From a virus (taxonomy: Duplodnaviria > Caudoviricetes), in the IMG/VR virus record IMGVR_UViG_3300031994_000065, positions 17,295 through 81,294 of that record: DNA of 64,000 nucleotides, one strand, 5' to 3'. The notes under the pieces are model-generated. The model did no database searches and was not told where the DNA came from. It saw only the letters and a list, made by a program, of their open reading frames with translations. Made by a program: the position numbers and the translations under genes. Positions 34,836-45,091 of this stretch are shown piece after piece. Each line of letters opens with the position of its first letter. Positions within the stretch are counted from its first letter, which is position 1.

Positions 34836-35555
34836 TTAACCATTTACGGTGTGTTCATATTTCAGTTTGAATGGTATAAACTCCACAAGATTTATCTTCT
34901 TCCGTATGGCATGACTCACAATTCGACCTTTAAGCTGTGGAGTTGTTTCGCCGGCAGGAAGTTCGTAGTTGTATCCATATTGAGCAATCATAAATGCACT
35001 TCCATAATATTCCGGCATATACATGACTGCACTCAATCTGTCAATATCATTATCGATGAACAAATCAATTTCTCCGATTGCACTAATGACATCGAGATAT
35101 GGTCCGGTCACATATTGAATCTTTTCGTTTTTGTTAAAAGTACGAGATAAATCATACATGGTTCGAATATCTCTTTTTTCTCCATATATGATAACTCGTT
35201 TAACGAAATCTTCTCGAACCATACTAGTCAAAGCAACGTACATATCCAGAGGTGGAGATTCTTCGAACATCTGTGGAAATTTTTCATACAGTTTCCTGTA
35301 GTTCTTTTCATAATCGAACTTCTTAATCGCCAACCATTCAAGTATGTTTTTCTTCGTTCGATTCATTATGAGAACTCTGATTCGCATATCTGTCTGACAT
35401 TCAAATCTTTCGAACGATATATATGGTTCAAACTGTTTCCGAAGATTTGGAGTGTCCATTATTAAATGAAGCAAAAAAGTATTGTGATCACGAAGAATTT
35501 CGTTATACGGTACGAACACCGTAATTGGATTTTCGAATAACCTAGGATCTATCAT
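34836..35555 (-). CDS. Hypothetical protein, possible HAD-like fold
   Basis: 239 aa; DLFIDND resembles HAD motif IV, but no clear DxD motif I. Confidence 0.6.
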   Translation of the reverse strand: MIDPRLFENPITVFVPYNEILRDHNTFLLHLIMDTPNLRKQFEPYISFERFECQTDMRIRVLIMNRTKKNILEWLAIKKFDYEKNYRKLYEKFPQMFEESPPLDMYVALTSMVREDFVKRVIIYGEKRDIRTMYDLSRTFNKNEKIQYVTGPYLDVISAIGEIDLFIDNDIDRLSAVMYMPEYYGSAFMIAQYGYNYELPAGETTPQLKGRIVSHAIRKKINLVEFIPFKLKYEHTVNG

Positions 35556-35582
35556 ATTTTCACCTTCTTTTTTGGTAAAAAA

Positions 35583-35614
35583 GAGCTTGGAGATGAATGA
35601 ATATCTCCAAGCTC
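35583..35614 (-). terminator. Terminator after the SSB-like gene
   Basis: GAGCTTGGAGAT/ATCTCCAAGCTC plus T-run on the minus strand. Confidence 0.8.
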
Positions 35615-35626
35615 AAGTACTCGTTT

Positions 35627-36436
35627 TTAGAACGGTGAAGTTTCTTCGTTCAAGTCGGGAAGTTTGTTACTCACCGCTTTTTCAGCTTCACGCATTACCG
35701 ATTCCATGTTTTCCGTGTCGGTCTGGTTATTACCAAACAATCGTGTCGAACCTACACCGTATTTAGTAACGGGGTCGAACTTTGCATTTGTTGCTTTGCC
35801 GATTGCATCGAGCTTACTTTCGAGTCTCGTCAAAACCATGTCAAACGCCACGCGAACGCTATGTGCTGTTGCCTTGTTAACCGCTCTAACTTGTTCTTCG
35901 AGACACTTCACGAAGAGATGGAACTCCCCGCTATCGATTCCGTTCATGCCGTGTTTGCCGGTCTTCGGATCATAGTCTTCGATGCGGTAAGACTTCGGGA
36001 ATTCAAAGTACGCGCTAACCTCGGGAATTTTATTTTCATCAAGATTGCGATGTATTGCGAAGTAATAAATTTGTTTCCCGTTGTGTTTCATGGTACCAAA
36101 TCCGACAAGGTTGTTGCCGGCTACATCGACATACGCATTTGCGTCTTTACCTTCTTCGAACGCTTTTACGATTCTCGGAACTGCGTCCAAAAGTTCGCTG
36201 ACTTTATTAGTCGGAATTGCCGATGAGACCTGACGCTCGTAATCGTATTTCTCTTTGTCGGTCTGCTCATGTTTCGGGCGAGCCGGATGAATGCGAACTG
36301 AGATGAAAATGTCGTTCCACAAATCGACTTTCAATGTGCTGTTACCGAGTCCTTCGAGATTGTAGAACTGGTAACCTTTGGTGTTAATAGAACGTTTCCC
36401 ATCAATTCCATTGGGCTGCTGATTAAATAACGCCAT
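35627..36436 (-). CDS. Putative single-stranded DNA-binding protein
   Basis: 269 aa; acidic tail ending DLNEETSPF like SSB tips; replication-gene context. Confidence 0.5.
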   Translation of the reverse strand: MALFNQQPNGIDGKRSINTKGYQFYNLEGLGNSTLKVDLWNDIFISVRIHPARPKHEQTDKEKYDYERQVSSAIPTNKVSELLDAVPRIVKAFEEGKDANAYVDVAGNNLVGFGTMKHNGKQIYYFAIHRNLDENKIPEVSAYFEFPKSYRIEDYDPKTGKHGMNGIDSGEFHLFVKCLEEQVRAVNKATAHSVRVAFDMVLTRLESKLDAIGKATNAKFDPVTKYGVGSTRLFGNNQTDTENMESVMREAEKAVSNKLPDLNEETSPF

Positions 36437-36625
36437 TATAGTTTCCTCCTTTATTCAGATTAAATGCTTGTGAGCTTCCAAGTAAATCGGTACTGCTAAG
36501 AAAAGTGGCGACTGGGAACGAGCTCGGCGTCTACTCGTTCCCAATCAATTACAGCTTTTCAAAAATTTTTAAAGGAGGCAAGATAACAGAAGTAAATACC
36601 AAAACTATTACCTTACCTTCTTGTT
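36437..36625 (-). promoter_or_regulatory. Long 5' leader with two late-type promoters, a hairpin and an anti-SD
   Basis: Promoters at 36614-36625 and 36461-36472; 10-bp stem 36513-36543; CCUCCUUUA complementary to the gene SD. Confidence 0.5.
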
Positions 36626-36626
36626 T

Positions 36627-37250
36627 TTAGTCGATACTGATACCAATTTCTTTTTTCAAAGTGTGTTTTGCTCGAGAAGAGCGACTGCGTACGGTGATGT
36701 CGCAATGAAGGTCAAGCACTTCACACCACCGCAGAAAATACTTCATCGATAACGGATTTGGTTTGGTAAGAGAACCTTTGAGATTAGACATGTCGTAGTC
36801 TTTATCAAACTTGCCGTAATATTCACGCATGTCGATCTGAAGTTCTTGAAGTGCCATTTTCACAATCTTCTTCAGCGGATCGTCTTCTTCCTTTATAGGT
36901 GGCGCGAACACTTTCGGGTCTGTCAAATCGATGTCTTCCGTCTGGTCTTTGAAGTTAGCACGGTCAACCATCTCCCGTTTAATCATCGTCACGTTTTTGA
37001 TGTTGTTAACGGAACTCATCTCTGGGTCGTTCGCCGGTACAAATACCAGTTTACCAGAATTCTTGTAGAAATAGCCGTGCTTGATTTTTTCCTTGAGTTT
37101 ACCACCATAGATATAGCACTGACCTTCGTGTACATAGGCGTAGTCTTTCTCAAGGGTATCGTCTTCGAAATGTTTCTGAGCATCGCCTCCAACGGCGACG
37201 AATATACCATCGATGACGATAAAATAGCTGTCTCCGCTGTTCAAGTCCAT
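36627..37250 (-). CDS. Hypothetical protein, possible C-terminal HTH
   Basis: 207 aa; NLKGSLTKPNPLSMKYFLRWCEVLD. Confidence 0.7.
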   Translation of the reverse strand: MDLNSGDSYFIVIDGIFVAVGGDAQKHFEDDTLEKDYAYVHEGQCYIYGGKLKEKIKHGYFYKNSGKLVFVPANDPEMSSVNNIKNVTMIKREMVDRANFKDQTEDIDLTDPKVFAPPIKEEDDPLKKIVKMALQELQIDMREYYGKFDKDYDMSNLKGSLTKPNPLSMKYFLRWCEVLDLHCDITVRSRSSRAKHTLKKEIGISID

Positions 37251-37262
37251 TAAATTACCTCC

Positions 37263-38045
37263 TTATATTATTTCACCTTCGAGACCCATGAACACATCGG
37301 TTTTCATTCCGACGCTGGTCATACGTTCTTCTCCATTATTAGACTCTTCTAAATCCTGTATGCTAAATAACTTCTTTTTTGTTGTACGAGTCTCTTGGTT
37401 TTTGACCACGACATGCTCGGATTCTACCTTCTTTTTGTACAGGTAGTAGAAGTTCAGCAAACTCTGAGAATATAGAAACAGATCAATTTTAGAGAGAATG
37501 TCTCTGATAGCCTCCAGTTCATCCAAAACTAATCCACCAGTATTTGTAGATGTATTGATGCTTAACGCAGCACCTTCATATTCCACATTGTCTTTATCGG
37601 TAATAACTGCCGGTCTCAATTCGAAGACATTATCGTCACCGACACTATCGACAAATACAATTTGGGTTTCTTCCGGAGTATAAGTTTTGAGATGTCCATG
37701 CTCTTGGTAAAATGGGTCATTGGTTTCATCATAAAGAATTTTCAACATATCGTCGAACGCTTTGACGAATATATGTTGAGTTCTCGATGTAACGTAGAGC
37801 GAACGTTTACGCCAATCAATATCCTTATCGGAATTTTTCGAGGTATTCTTTATTACCAGGAACGTAGAACCATCGATGTAGTAATTGTGTTCAGTCCATA
37901 ATGAATTTACTTCACGTTCCCAATCAATCACACCAGGTTTACCGTCCGGCTGTGTTAACAAGACGTGTAATTCCAATTTAAACGAGGAAAAATTGGCTAT
38001 GGTTCTGACAATTCGCTTATCAATGTGCTTCATTTCATCGCTCAT
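37263..38045 (-). CDS. Hypothetical early protein
   Basis: 260 aa; early promoter at 38096-38105. Confidence 0.75.
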   Translation of the reverse strand: MSDEMKHIDKRIVRTIANFSSFKLELHVLLTQPDGKPGVIDWEREVNSLWTEHNYYIDGSTFLVIKNTSKNSDKDIDWRKRSLYVTSRTQHIFVKAFDDMLKILYDETNDPFYQEHGHLKTYTPEETQIVFVDSVGDDNVFELRPAVITDKDNVEYEGAALSINTSTNTGGLVLDELEAIRDILSKIDLFLYSQSLLNFYYLYKKKVESEHVVVKNQETRTTKKKLFSIQDLEESNNGEERMTSVGMKTDVFMGLEGEII

Positions 38046-38095
38046 ATGTCACCTCCATCTTTGATATTAACCGAGATATCCTTATTTACTAGGTG

Positions 38096-38105
38096 ATAAT
38101 ATATA
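38096..38105 (-). promoter_or_regulatory. Early promoter core TATATATTAT
   Basis: Exact motif. Confidence 0.7.
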
Positions 38106-38180
38106 TTCGAAATAAAAGCGCAAATACAAGCCCTGGCTGCGATAGCCAAGGCTTATACTTGTCTTTTTTCGGAGGTGTAT

Positions 38181-38654
38181 TTAATGAGTTTTAAGCTGCG
38201 CTTTAGCTTTACTGATTGCATTTTTAACAGCTGCAGAATTCTTACCATGATTGCTGACGCTAGGAAGTGAACTCGTGGGTTTAGCACTCAGAGATTTTTT
38301 CGCCTTCAGTAACGCTTCATTATGGTATTTCTTATACAACTCTTTTTCAAGTTGAGATTCCATACGCCACAACGTCAAAAGCTTTTTAAACTTAGGATCT
38401 TTACGTTGACGTGCGATGGTATAAACTGCGGTGCGAGTAGCACCTTTAAGTTTCGCCTTTTTATCCAATTTGATGATAGTCTTTTCCGTCACGATGTCAG
38501 CACGAATCAGTTCATCGGTAAAACGAGAATCTTCACAAATGGATGCAGCTTCTTCCGAACTCAATCCTTCAAGAAGAACTGCTTCAGTTATAAGAGTGGA
38601 GTCCGATTTAGAGATAATAGGTTCTCCACCACCAAATCCTTTGAAGAATTCCAT
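38181..38654 (-). CDS. Small basic virion/head protein
   Basis: 157 aa; late promoter at 38678-38689. Confidence 0.6.
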   Translation of the reverse strand: MEFFKGFGGGEPIISKSDSTLITEAVLLEGLSSEEAASICEDSRFTDELIRADIVTEKTIIKLDKKAKLKGATRTAVYTIARQRKDPKFKKLLTLWRMESQLEKELYKKYHNEALLKAKKSLSAKPTSSLPSVSNHGKNSAAVKNAISKAKAQLKTH

Positions 38655-38703
38655 GGTTATTTCCTCCTTTTGTTTTTTAGTGTCATGTCAATTGCGCTCA
38701 TTT

Positions 38704-39456
38704 CTATATCCAGAATATGTTTGGTTGGTCGAGATGATAAAGGTCTTCCCATTCCTTAATCATATCATTAAGTTCATCTTCAGCACCAGACCAGTCATCG
38801 ATTTTCAAATCAACTTCACCATATGCAGTTCTGAATCCGGAATAATGAATCATGTTATTATACATAAATGATTTCGCAAATAACAGAGCGAGTTTATAGA
38901 ATGAACCTCTCTGGCTCATTGGAATAGTGTGCAATTCGGGATGATGTTCGTATTTGACTTCTACTTCTATCTTGGAAGTATAAGTGTGATTGTTGTATAA
39001 ACGAACTTTATCCGGTTTGATATATTGAAAAGTCATTGGTGGGATCAATATAGAAGCCAAATCAGCAAGACTTTGTGCTTGAGCTAAATCTTGATATGAT
39101 TCAACAGCTTCGAACGAACTACTCATCGATAGATTACTGAGACGATTATGAGGTCTGACAGAAGCCACACCTAATATTCTCTGAGCTTTAACCGGTGGAA
39201 TTCTCAACAGCGTGTTTATTGTCACACTGTCACCATCTATGTTAACCGGGTCTTCTCTATCTGCTACTGCGTCCGTATAAATGTCCATAATGATCTTTTC
39301 AATATAAGGCATTAACGCGGAAAATTCTGGTAGAGCTCTATCAAGTATAATGTGTTGATAAAACTCTTCATCATCGAATGGAAGTGGACGCGACGCAATT
39401 CCTAAATCTCCTTTGAGTAATCTCAACAGATGGTTTTTATCTCGCCATGTTGCCAT
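38704..39456 (-). CDS. Putative head-tail adaptor/neck protein
   Basis: 250 aa next to the protease; TFQYIKPDKVRLY; resembles gp13-like adaptors. Confidence 0.45.
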   Translation of the reverse strand: MATWRDKNHLLRLLKGDLGIASRPLPFDDEEFYQHIILDRALPEFSALMPYIEKIIMDIYTDAVADREDPVNIDGDSVTINTLLRIPPVKAQRILGVASVRPHNRLSNLSMSSSFEAVESYQDLAQAQSLADLASILIPPMTFQYIKPDKVRLYNNHTYTSKIEVEVKYEHHPELHTIPMSQRGSFYKLALLFAKSFMYNNMIHYSGFRTAYGEVDLKIDDWSGAEDELNDMIKEWEDLYHLDQPNIFWI

Positions 39457-39459
39457 GAT

Positions 39460-40344
39460 TTACCACCTCTTTCTTGGTTTAGAAAGATTAGAGAAGAAAT
39501 CAGAAACTTGGTTATACACGTAATCTTCCATCAGTATATTGAATCGGTCACCGGTTTCGGTGTCTTTAATCATTACCGAGCGACCATCTGGTGCAACGTT
39601 TATAGTCTCATAGCATACGTCAAATATATTCACGATGTCCTTAAATCTTTTGGATTCTTCACCCATGAACTTTCCGGCGGATTCCATTACCAAATTTTGC
39701 GCTTCTTTTTCTGAAAGCTTGTAAGTCCAATCTTCTTGAACTACATTGATTGGAGATGGTTGCTTAAGTTTGATAGGTGCAGTCGAATCTTGGTAAGCTT
39801 CAGGATGGCTAGGTAAACATACTCTATCGTAACACACAATATGAGGTTGAGTTTTTACAATCCCTCTTCCTCCATCAACTCTGGTAATAGAAGCTAATGC
39901 TCTGAGAGAGAATGAAACTTCCATGCCTTGAAGAATATGACCTGTCATCTGTTGACCCCATTGTTTGTCGTTTAATGTAGTTACCTGACCATACAACGTG
40001 TTCCCTTTGATATTGTAAGAGTCAACCTTATGGCAAACTTTTGTCAAATCAATATTGAGAACTTTCATAGGGTCATTAGTTTGGGGGTGACCATTTTCAC
40101 CAACCCAAGCTTTTTTTGCTCTAAGTTCGACAAGATGAGGAGCTTCCAACGCGGGTATCATCGCTTCACGAAGATATTGTCTTTTGTTACGATTCCAAGT
40201 ATTGAAAGTTTGCAATACTGTATCTATCGTAACATAGAACATATTCGCTCTGTCGACTACCTGCTTTATATTCGGTTTTGTCCAAGGACCTTCAGATTCC
40301 ATGATCACATACGCTTCAACAGGATTCAATTTACCTGAAATCAT
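39460..40344 (-). CDS. Prohead protease (T4 gp21 / phiKZ gp175-like)
   Basis: WVGENGHP (His), VSFSLRA (Ser), YDRVCLPSHPEAY; late promoter at 40377-40388. Confidence 0.85.
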   Translation of the reverse strand: MISGKLNPVEAYVIMESEGPWTKPNIKQVVDRANMFYVTIDTVLQTFNTWNRNKRQYLREAMIPALEAPHLVELRAKKAWVGENGHPQTNDPMKVLNIDLTKVCHKVDSYNIKGNTLYGQVTTLNDKQWGQQMTGHILQGMEVSFSLRALASITRVDGGRGIVKTQPHIVCYDRVCLPSHPEAYQDSTAPIKLKQPSPINVVQEDWTYKLSEKEAQNLVMESAGKFMGEESKRFKDIVNIFDVCYETINVAPDGRSVMIKDTETGDRFNILMEDYVYNQVSDFFSNLSKPRKRW

Positions 40345-40412
40345 TGTTATCCACGTCCTTTCCTGACTGGTTATCTTATTCCTTTGTTTGAAAGGGCGAA
40401 AATCACCGAAAA

Positions 40413-40424
40413 AACAAGGCTATA
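40413..40424 (+). promoter_or_regulatory. Late promoter AACA-N6-TA
   Basis: AACA-aggcta-TA. Confidence 0.6.
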
Positions 40425-40465
40425 AATAAACCAAGATTTTACCATAGAAAGCGAGGTTCTCTGTT

Positions 40466-42067
40466 ATGACAGAAAAAGAGTTCAGAGCTCTGAAGGAAGA
40501 CCTCAAAGGTAGCGTCGGTAAGGTCAAACATCACGTCAAACGAGTAACGGATTCTATAAGTCAAAAGCTGAAAGATGGACGAGCTAAAATTAATGCCAAA
40601 TATGAAAAGGGCGTTGTGTCCACTCAGAAGAATCCGATTGTTGATAAAATGGCAGACCTTACTGCTGGATTAACCGAAAAAGATGAAGAAGAGCTCTTGA
40701 AAAACGAGGACGATACATTCAGGAAAATCCGTAAGGTAATCGTGAATGGTTCCGTTATATTAACTCCGTTTATCATCGGCATTCCCATTAAGATGATTGA
40801 TACTGCGGTTCAAAACAATGTCGATATGAAGAATGCTGAAAAGTATGATAAAATCTATGAGAGAGAAATTCTTTGGACTGAAGACGAGATCAAGAAACGT
40901 AAGAAGGAAGGTAAAGATACCGAAGACTTACAGAAATATCTTGCCAATTTGAAAAAGTCCAGAGCTAAAACTCAAGCTCATATTCAGAAACTCAAAGAAT
41001 CTGAGGCGGAGACTTCCAAGAAGGATAAAGCTGCTAAAGAATCTATGCGATTTATCACTGAGGGAAATAATCTTAATCCATTCGTAAGATTTACCCTCAT
41101 GCAAAGAGAAGATTTCCGTTCCGATGACGATTTCGATAACGCACTGATCAGCACATTTGAACAACTTCTTTACGGAGCTACTCAAAGTGTTGATTATTAC
41201 GAGAAATTTGGATTTGATAAAGAAACTCCAGTCACAGAATCGTCAGATACCGAACCTGTAGTTGATACAGGTAAACGTAAGTCCGCTTATATCATCACTA
41301 ACGGTATCATGATGGAATCACTTTCTAAAGACAAAGAACTGATGAAAGCTTTCGAAGACCATTCTGGTTATGGTTATCAGATTAGTTTCAATAACGGTTC
41401 TTCGGACAAATACCAATTATACGGGTTTGATTATGAGAAACTCAATTCGTCTAATACTTCAGGAATCGATTCCAAAGTGAAATCTCTTGTTGAATATATT
41501 AATGGGAAAATTGCTTATACCGATTGCAAACTGGTCATCGGCGGAAAAGATTCTTATCCTGTAATAACACTCGAGGGAATAACTCAAACCGCACAAGATG
41601 TGGTTCGAAAAGCTGTTCATACAGCTCGTAATGTTCTTCCTGAAGAAAGCCCGGTTAAAAATGCTGAACGCGCATCTGAACCTCTTGATGATGCTGTAAA
41701 TAAGATCATCAACGGCGCAAGAGATGCTCTCAGTCATGATAAGCGTGAAGAAATCATCCAAGGCAAGTACAGATTTAAACTTGTTCGTATTATTGCGAAA
41801 TGTATTGCGTATGGTGGATTGGCTGTATTAATTCACCCTGCAGCTGCAGCTATCGCGTTCTTAGGAAAAATGGCGTACGATAGACACATCGACCGTAATG
41901 AACGTAGTGCAATAGTACACGATTTGGAATCTGAACTCGAAATTTGTAAAGAGAAAATCAAAGATGCTGAAGCTAAAGGTGATAACGAAAACAAATATAA
42001 ACTCATGCGTATTCGTAAATCTCTTGAGACTGAGGTCGGAAGAATCAAACTTCACCTTGATAAGTAG
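40466..42067 (+). CDS. Virion/head protein with internally duplicated domain
   Basis: N- and C-terminal hydrophobic-helix plus coiled-coil modules. Confidence 0.6.
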   Translation: MTEKEFRALKEDLKGSVGKVKHHVKRVTDSISQKLKDGRAKINAKYEKGVVSTQKNPIVDKMADLTAGLTEKDEEELLKNEDDTFRKIRKVIVNGSVILTPFIIGIPIKMIDTAVQNNVDMKNAEKYDKIYEREILWTEDEIKKRKKEGKDTEDLQKYLANLKKSRAKTQAHIQKLKESEAETSKKDKAAKESMRFITEGNNLNPFVRFTLMQREDFRSDDDFDNALISTFEQLLYGATQSVDYYEKFGFDKETPVTESSDTEPVVDTGKRKSAYIITNGIMMESLSKDKELMKAFEDHSGYGYQISFNNGSSDKYQLYGFDYEKLNSSNTSGIDSKVKSLVEYINGKIAYTDCKLVIGGKDSYPVITLEGITQTAQDVVRKAVHTARNVLPEESPVKNAERASEPLDDAVNKIINGARDALSHDKREEIIQGKYRFKLVRIIAKCIAYGGLAVLIHPAAAAIAFLGKMAYDRHIDRNERSAIVHDLESELEICKEKIKDAEAKGDNENKYKLMRIRKSLETEVGRIKLHLDK

Positions 42068-42078
42068 AGGTGACAGAT

Positions 42079-43080
42079 ATGAGTTTTAGAGCATTTTTCA
42101 ACAGTATTCTTATGGAAGCTAAGGATGATAAACCCACTGACTATTCCAAAGAAGAACCCAAAGATGATGACAAAGAAGAAGACAAGGATACTGATAAAGA
42201 CGACGATAAAAAGCCTGACGCTGGAGCGGATACAAAAACTAATGATAACAAAGATGATGATTCCACAGATTATACTGTGGAAGACGAGACGATCGGTGAT
42301 GATAATGAGGAAACCACAGATTACACCGCCGATGTTCCAGATGATGAAGATACTGGCGAAGACAAACCTGATGCCGGAACGGATACTGGTGGTACAGATG
42401 ATAAACCTACAGATTATTCTGATAATGGCGATGACGACCCGACTAATGATACTGCTGACGCTGGCGATGAAGACTCTGGAGAAAATGCTGATGACTCTGG
42501 TGGTGGAAATGAAGAAACCACAGATTATTCGGCTGGCACAGATGACGCAATGGGTGATGATGCCGATAGTGAAGGTGAAGACTCAGGAGACGATGATAAA
42601 GAAGGCAGTGATTCTGAAGAAGGAAGCTCTGATGATTCATCTAAAGAAGACAAACTTCGTAAATTCTATCTTCTAAAAGATTTCCGTGAGTTACAAGCGT
42701 TCATCAAAGATGCAGCGGATAAGATCACCGAGAAGAAACGTAATTCTTTTGAAGAAAAACAAATCGATATGCAAGTGGTCAATAACTTTAGCAAACTCGA
42801 AGATGTCGTTGGTGATTATATGGTTTTCAAGTTTGATGAAGATGATTACACCACTGCTCTATATAACTACAGAAGATTTGTCATCGCAATTGATATAAAT
42901 CTGGAATTACTTCAGAAGGTCAATGAAATCAATCAAAGGAATCGTGACAGTAAATCTTCTAATACCACAAATGAAAACAATACTGATTCCACGAAGAAAC
43001 AATCTAAGCCTTCTAAATCTAAGGCTAAAACGAAGAAAACTTCAGAGAAAGACTCTGACGACGGTGAAGAACCGTCATAA
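42079..43080 (+). CDS. Highly acidic scaffold-like protein
   Basis: Asp-rich region with five TDY[S/T] motifs; directly upstream of the capsid gene. Confidence 0.55.
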   Translation: MSFRAFFNSILMEAKDDKPTDYSKEEPKDDDKEEDKDTDKDDDKKPDAGADTKTNDNKDDDSTDYTVEDETIGDDNEETTDYTADVPDDEDTGEDKPDAGTDTGGTDDKPTDYSDNGDDDPTNDTADAGDEDSGENADDSGGGNEETTDYSAGTDDAMGDDADSEGEDSGDDDKEGSDSEEGSSDDSSKEDKLRKFYLLKDFRELQAFIKDAADKITEKKRNSFEEKQIDMQVVNNFSKLEDVVGDYMVFKFDEDDYTTALYNYRRFVIAIDINLELLQKVNEINQRNRDSKSSNTTNENNTDSTKKQSKPSKSKAKTKKTSEKDSDDGEEPS

Positions 43081-43082
43081 GC

Positions 43083-43094
43083 AACAAGTAGTTA
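43083..43094 (+). promoter_or_regulatory. Late promoter of the major capsid gene
   Basis: AACA-agtagt-TA. Confidence 0.65.
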
Positions 43095-43122
43095 AAATTC
43101 ACAGAGAAAGGATGTGCTTATA

Positions 43123-44967
43123 ATGTTCGAACAAAACGACATTATAGCGAGACAGGGTGCTGTAGGTCTGTTTCAACCTAATGTGGATACATCGTTCACT
43201 GATGGTTTAAAAGCGGCTATGGAAGCTGCTAGGGACACCACTCATTATAGCCCGATTCAGGATTTTAAGAACATTCTTCAGGACGATCAAGCTTTTGAAA
43301 GTTATCGTGATATTATGTTTAGCGATGTGCTTGGAGATCAGCCGATGGCAGAATCTTCCACGTATTCCTACCTTTCTGCTAATACGGAGAATAATCTTGA
43401 TTTGGGATATATGGCTCTTCACAACGAGAAGTTGGATCAGCTCATTGAAAATACCAGACAAGCGCTTTACGAAGCAAGTACTGTCGGTCAGTTGGAACCT
43501 ATCGTTGCTCTCACTCTTCCGCTTATGAAAAAGGCGTACATTAAGAGTGCGTACAAAGATGCTATTCCTACATTGACTGCGGATAAGATGCTTATCAATA
43601 TCGGTTATGAAAGAGACTTCTTGAAAGACCGTGAAGGTAAGAAATATTATCTGCCTGATATTTTCTATCCTGAGAATGAAGATACATATAAAGAGGTTCT
43701 GAAAGGAACTGTCGGTAAGCCTATTTCAGATAAATTCTATCCTGAAGCTGACGGCGCCGCGTTGCCTTTTGCTGAACTGAATCTTCTTACAGAATCTGGT
43801 GGTAGTCTTGCAACTCGTGACGTTCTTGGTTACGATCTTATGATTGACCAAGTTGTCATGACCGTTCCTGTCGCCAAAACTGCAGACGACGCTATCGACG
43901 GCAAAACTTTTGATGTGTCTGGATTCAAAGATCTGACCATTAAAGGTTTGAAGATTAAACCGCATTATCAAACTGCAACATTTACTGGCGAAGTTCGTCA
44001 GAATTCTTTGATTAAAAAGAACGACACTGCAACCGTTGATACTATTACCGGAACGATTGAGTTCTATTCTGGTAAAGTTTCGATTGCATGTACTGCCGGC
44101 TTGATAAAGAAAGTTCATTTCACCGGTCATTTGTCAAGTGCTAACAACGATGTCGGAACTGAGCTTGACCGCGAACGTAGAAATGAGCAGATTCCGATTC
44201 CTGAACAGGAAAGATTGAATACTGGTCTCACTGTCGAAAAGATTCGCGACGAAAAGATGCTCAGTAATATCGACGTTACGGTTGAAACTGTCAGCAAACT
44301 GTCCGACACCTGCTATCAATTCAAAGATACTAATACGAAGCTGTTCCTCGAAGATAGCTTCCAGACTGCCGTTGAAGACGTTAACGGCAGCCGCAATCCC
44401 ATGGGTTACACGATTCAGTTGGCGGATTCTATTAAGTTTGAACTCCAAAAACCTGACCGTTACCTCTTGCCGCAATCCGAATGGCGTACGACTCAGCTTC
44501 GTTACTACCTCGAGAAATATATTATCCAATTCGTGCAGAAACTTAAGAATAGTAATATCATGGTTGTTATGGTTGCAAACCCGACAATGATTAGCTATCT
44601 GCAGGATATTCAATGGGTAGTCGATGAACGTACGAAAGTCGGTGGCGTCAAACTCGATTATAAATTTGGTGTTACGACAATCGCGGGCACTCGCGTTCAT
44701 GTCATCGCCACGATGAAAGAAACCTTTGCGAAAGGATTCCGTCTGATTGGTTATCCGCTCACTCAGGAATTCATCACGTATCGTAAATACGATTACAGTT
44801 TCTTCATCGAAAACAACTATCGCAATATGAACACTCCTCTCATTCCGAACGTCATGGTTGCTCAGCGTTATCTCAACTATGAGTATTTGCCGTTGCAATC
44901 TGAAATGTACTTCGACGAAGTTCGTAATGACGCTCAAATTCGTATGCAAGGTTATGCTATATGCTGA
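43123..44967 (+). CDS. Major capsid protein
   Basis: About 614 aa; head-gene context, own late promoter and terminator; N-terminal xES/xEA propeptide sites. Confidence 0.7.
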   Translation: MFEQNDIIARQGAVGLFQPNVDTSFTDGLKAAMEAARDTTHYSPIQDFKNILQDDQAFESYRDIMFSDVLGDQPMAESSTYSYLSANTENNLDLGYMALHNEKLDQLIENTRQALYEASTVGQLEPIVALTLPLMKKAYIKSAYKDAIPTLTADKMLINIGYERDFLKDREGKKYYLPDIFYPENEDTYKEVLKGTVGKPISDKFYPEADGAALPFAELNLLTESGGSLATRDVLGYDLMIDQVVMTVPVAKTADDAIDGKTFDVSGFKDLTIKGLKIKPHYQTATFTGEVRQNSLIKKNDTATVDTITGTIEFYSGKVSIACTAGLIKKVHFTGHLSSANNDVGTELDRERRNEQIPIPEQERLNTGLTVEKIRDEKMLSNIDVTVETVSKLSDTCYQFKDTNTKLFLEDSFQTAVEDVNGSRNPMGYTIQLADSIKFELQKPDRYLLPQSEWRTTQLRYYLEKYIIQFVQKLKNSNIMVVMVANPTMISYLQDIQWVVDERTKVGGVKLDYKFGVTTIAGTRVHVIATMKETFAKGFRLIGYPLTQEFITYRKYDYSFFIENNYRNMNTPLIPNVMVAQRYLNYEYLPLQSEMYFDEVRNDAQIRMQGYAIC

Positions 44968-45017
44968 TATTAGTGCCTTAATCTCTACGGGGACAGGTGC
45001 GTGAAAAAGAGCTCTAC

Positions 45018-45049
45018 GGGACAAAGGGTTAAAATAAACCCTTTGTCCC
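45018..45049 (+). terminator. Hairpin after the capsid gene
   Basis: GGGACAAAGGGTT/AACCCTTTGTCCC. Confidence 0.7.
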
Positions 45050-45091
45050 TAATAGCGTCTTTATTTGGGTAAAGAGAAAGGAATGATAAAA

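Noticed and set aside
44983-45024. Short direct repeat CTCTACGGG(G)ACA after the capsid gene
   Set aside because: Only two copies; most simply a local duplication of the terminator flank.
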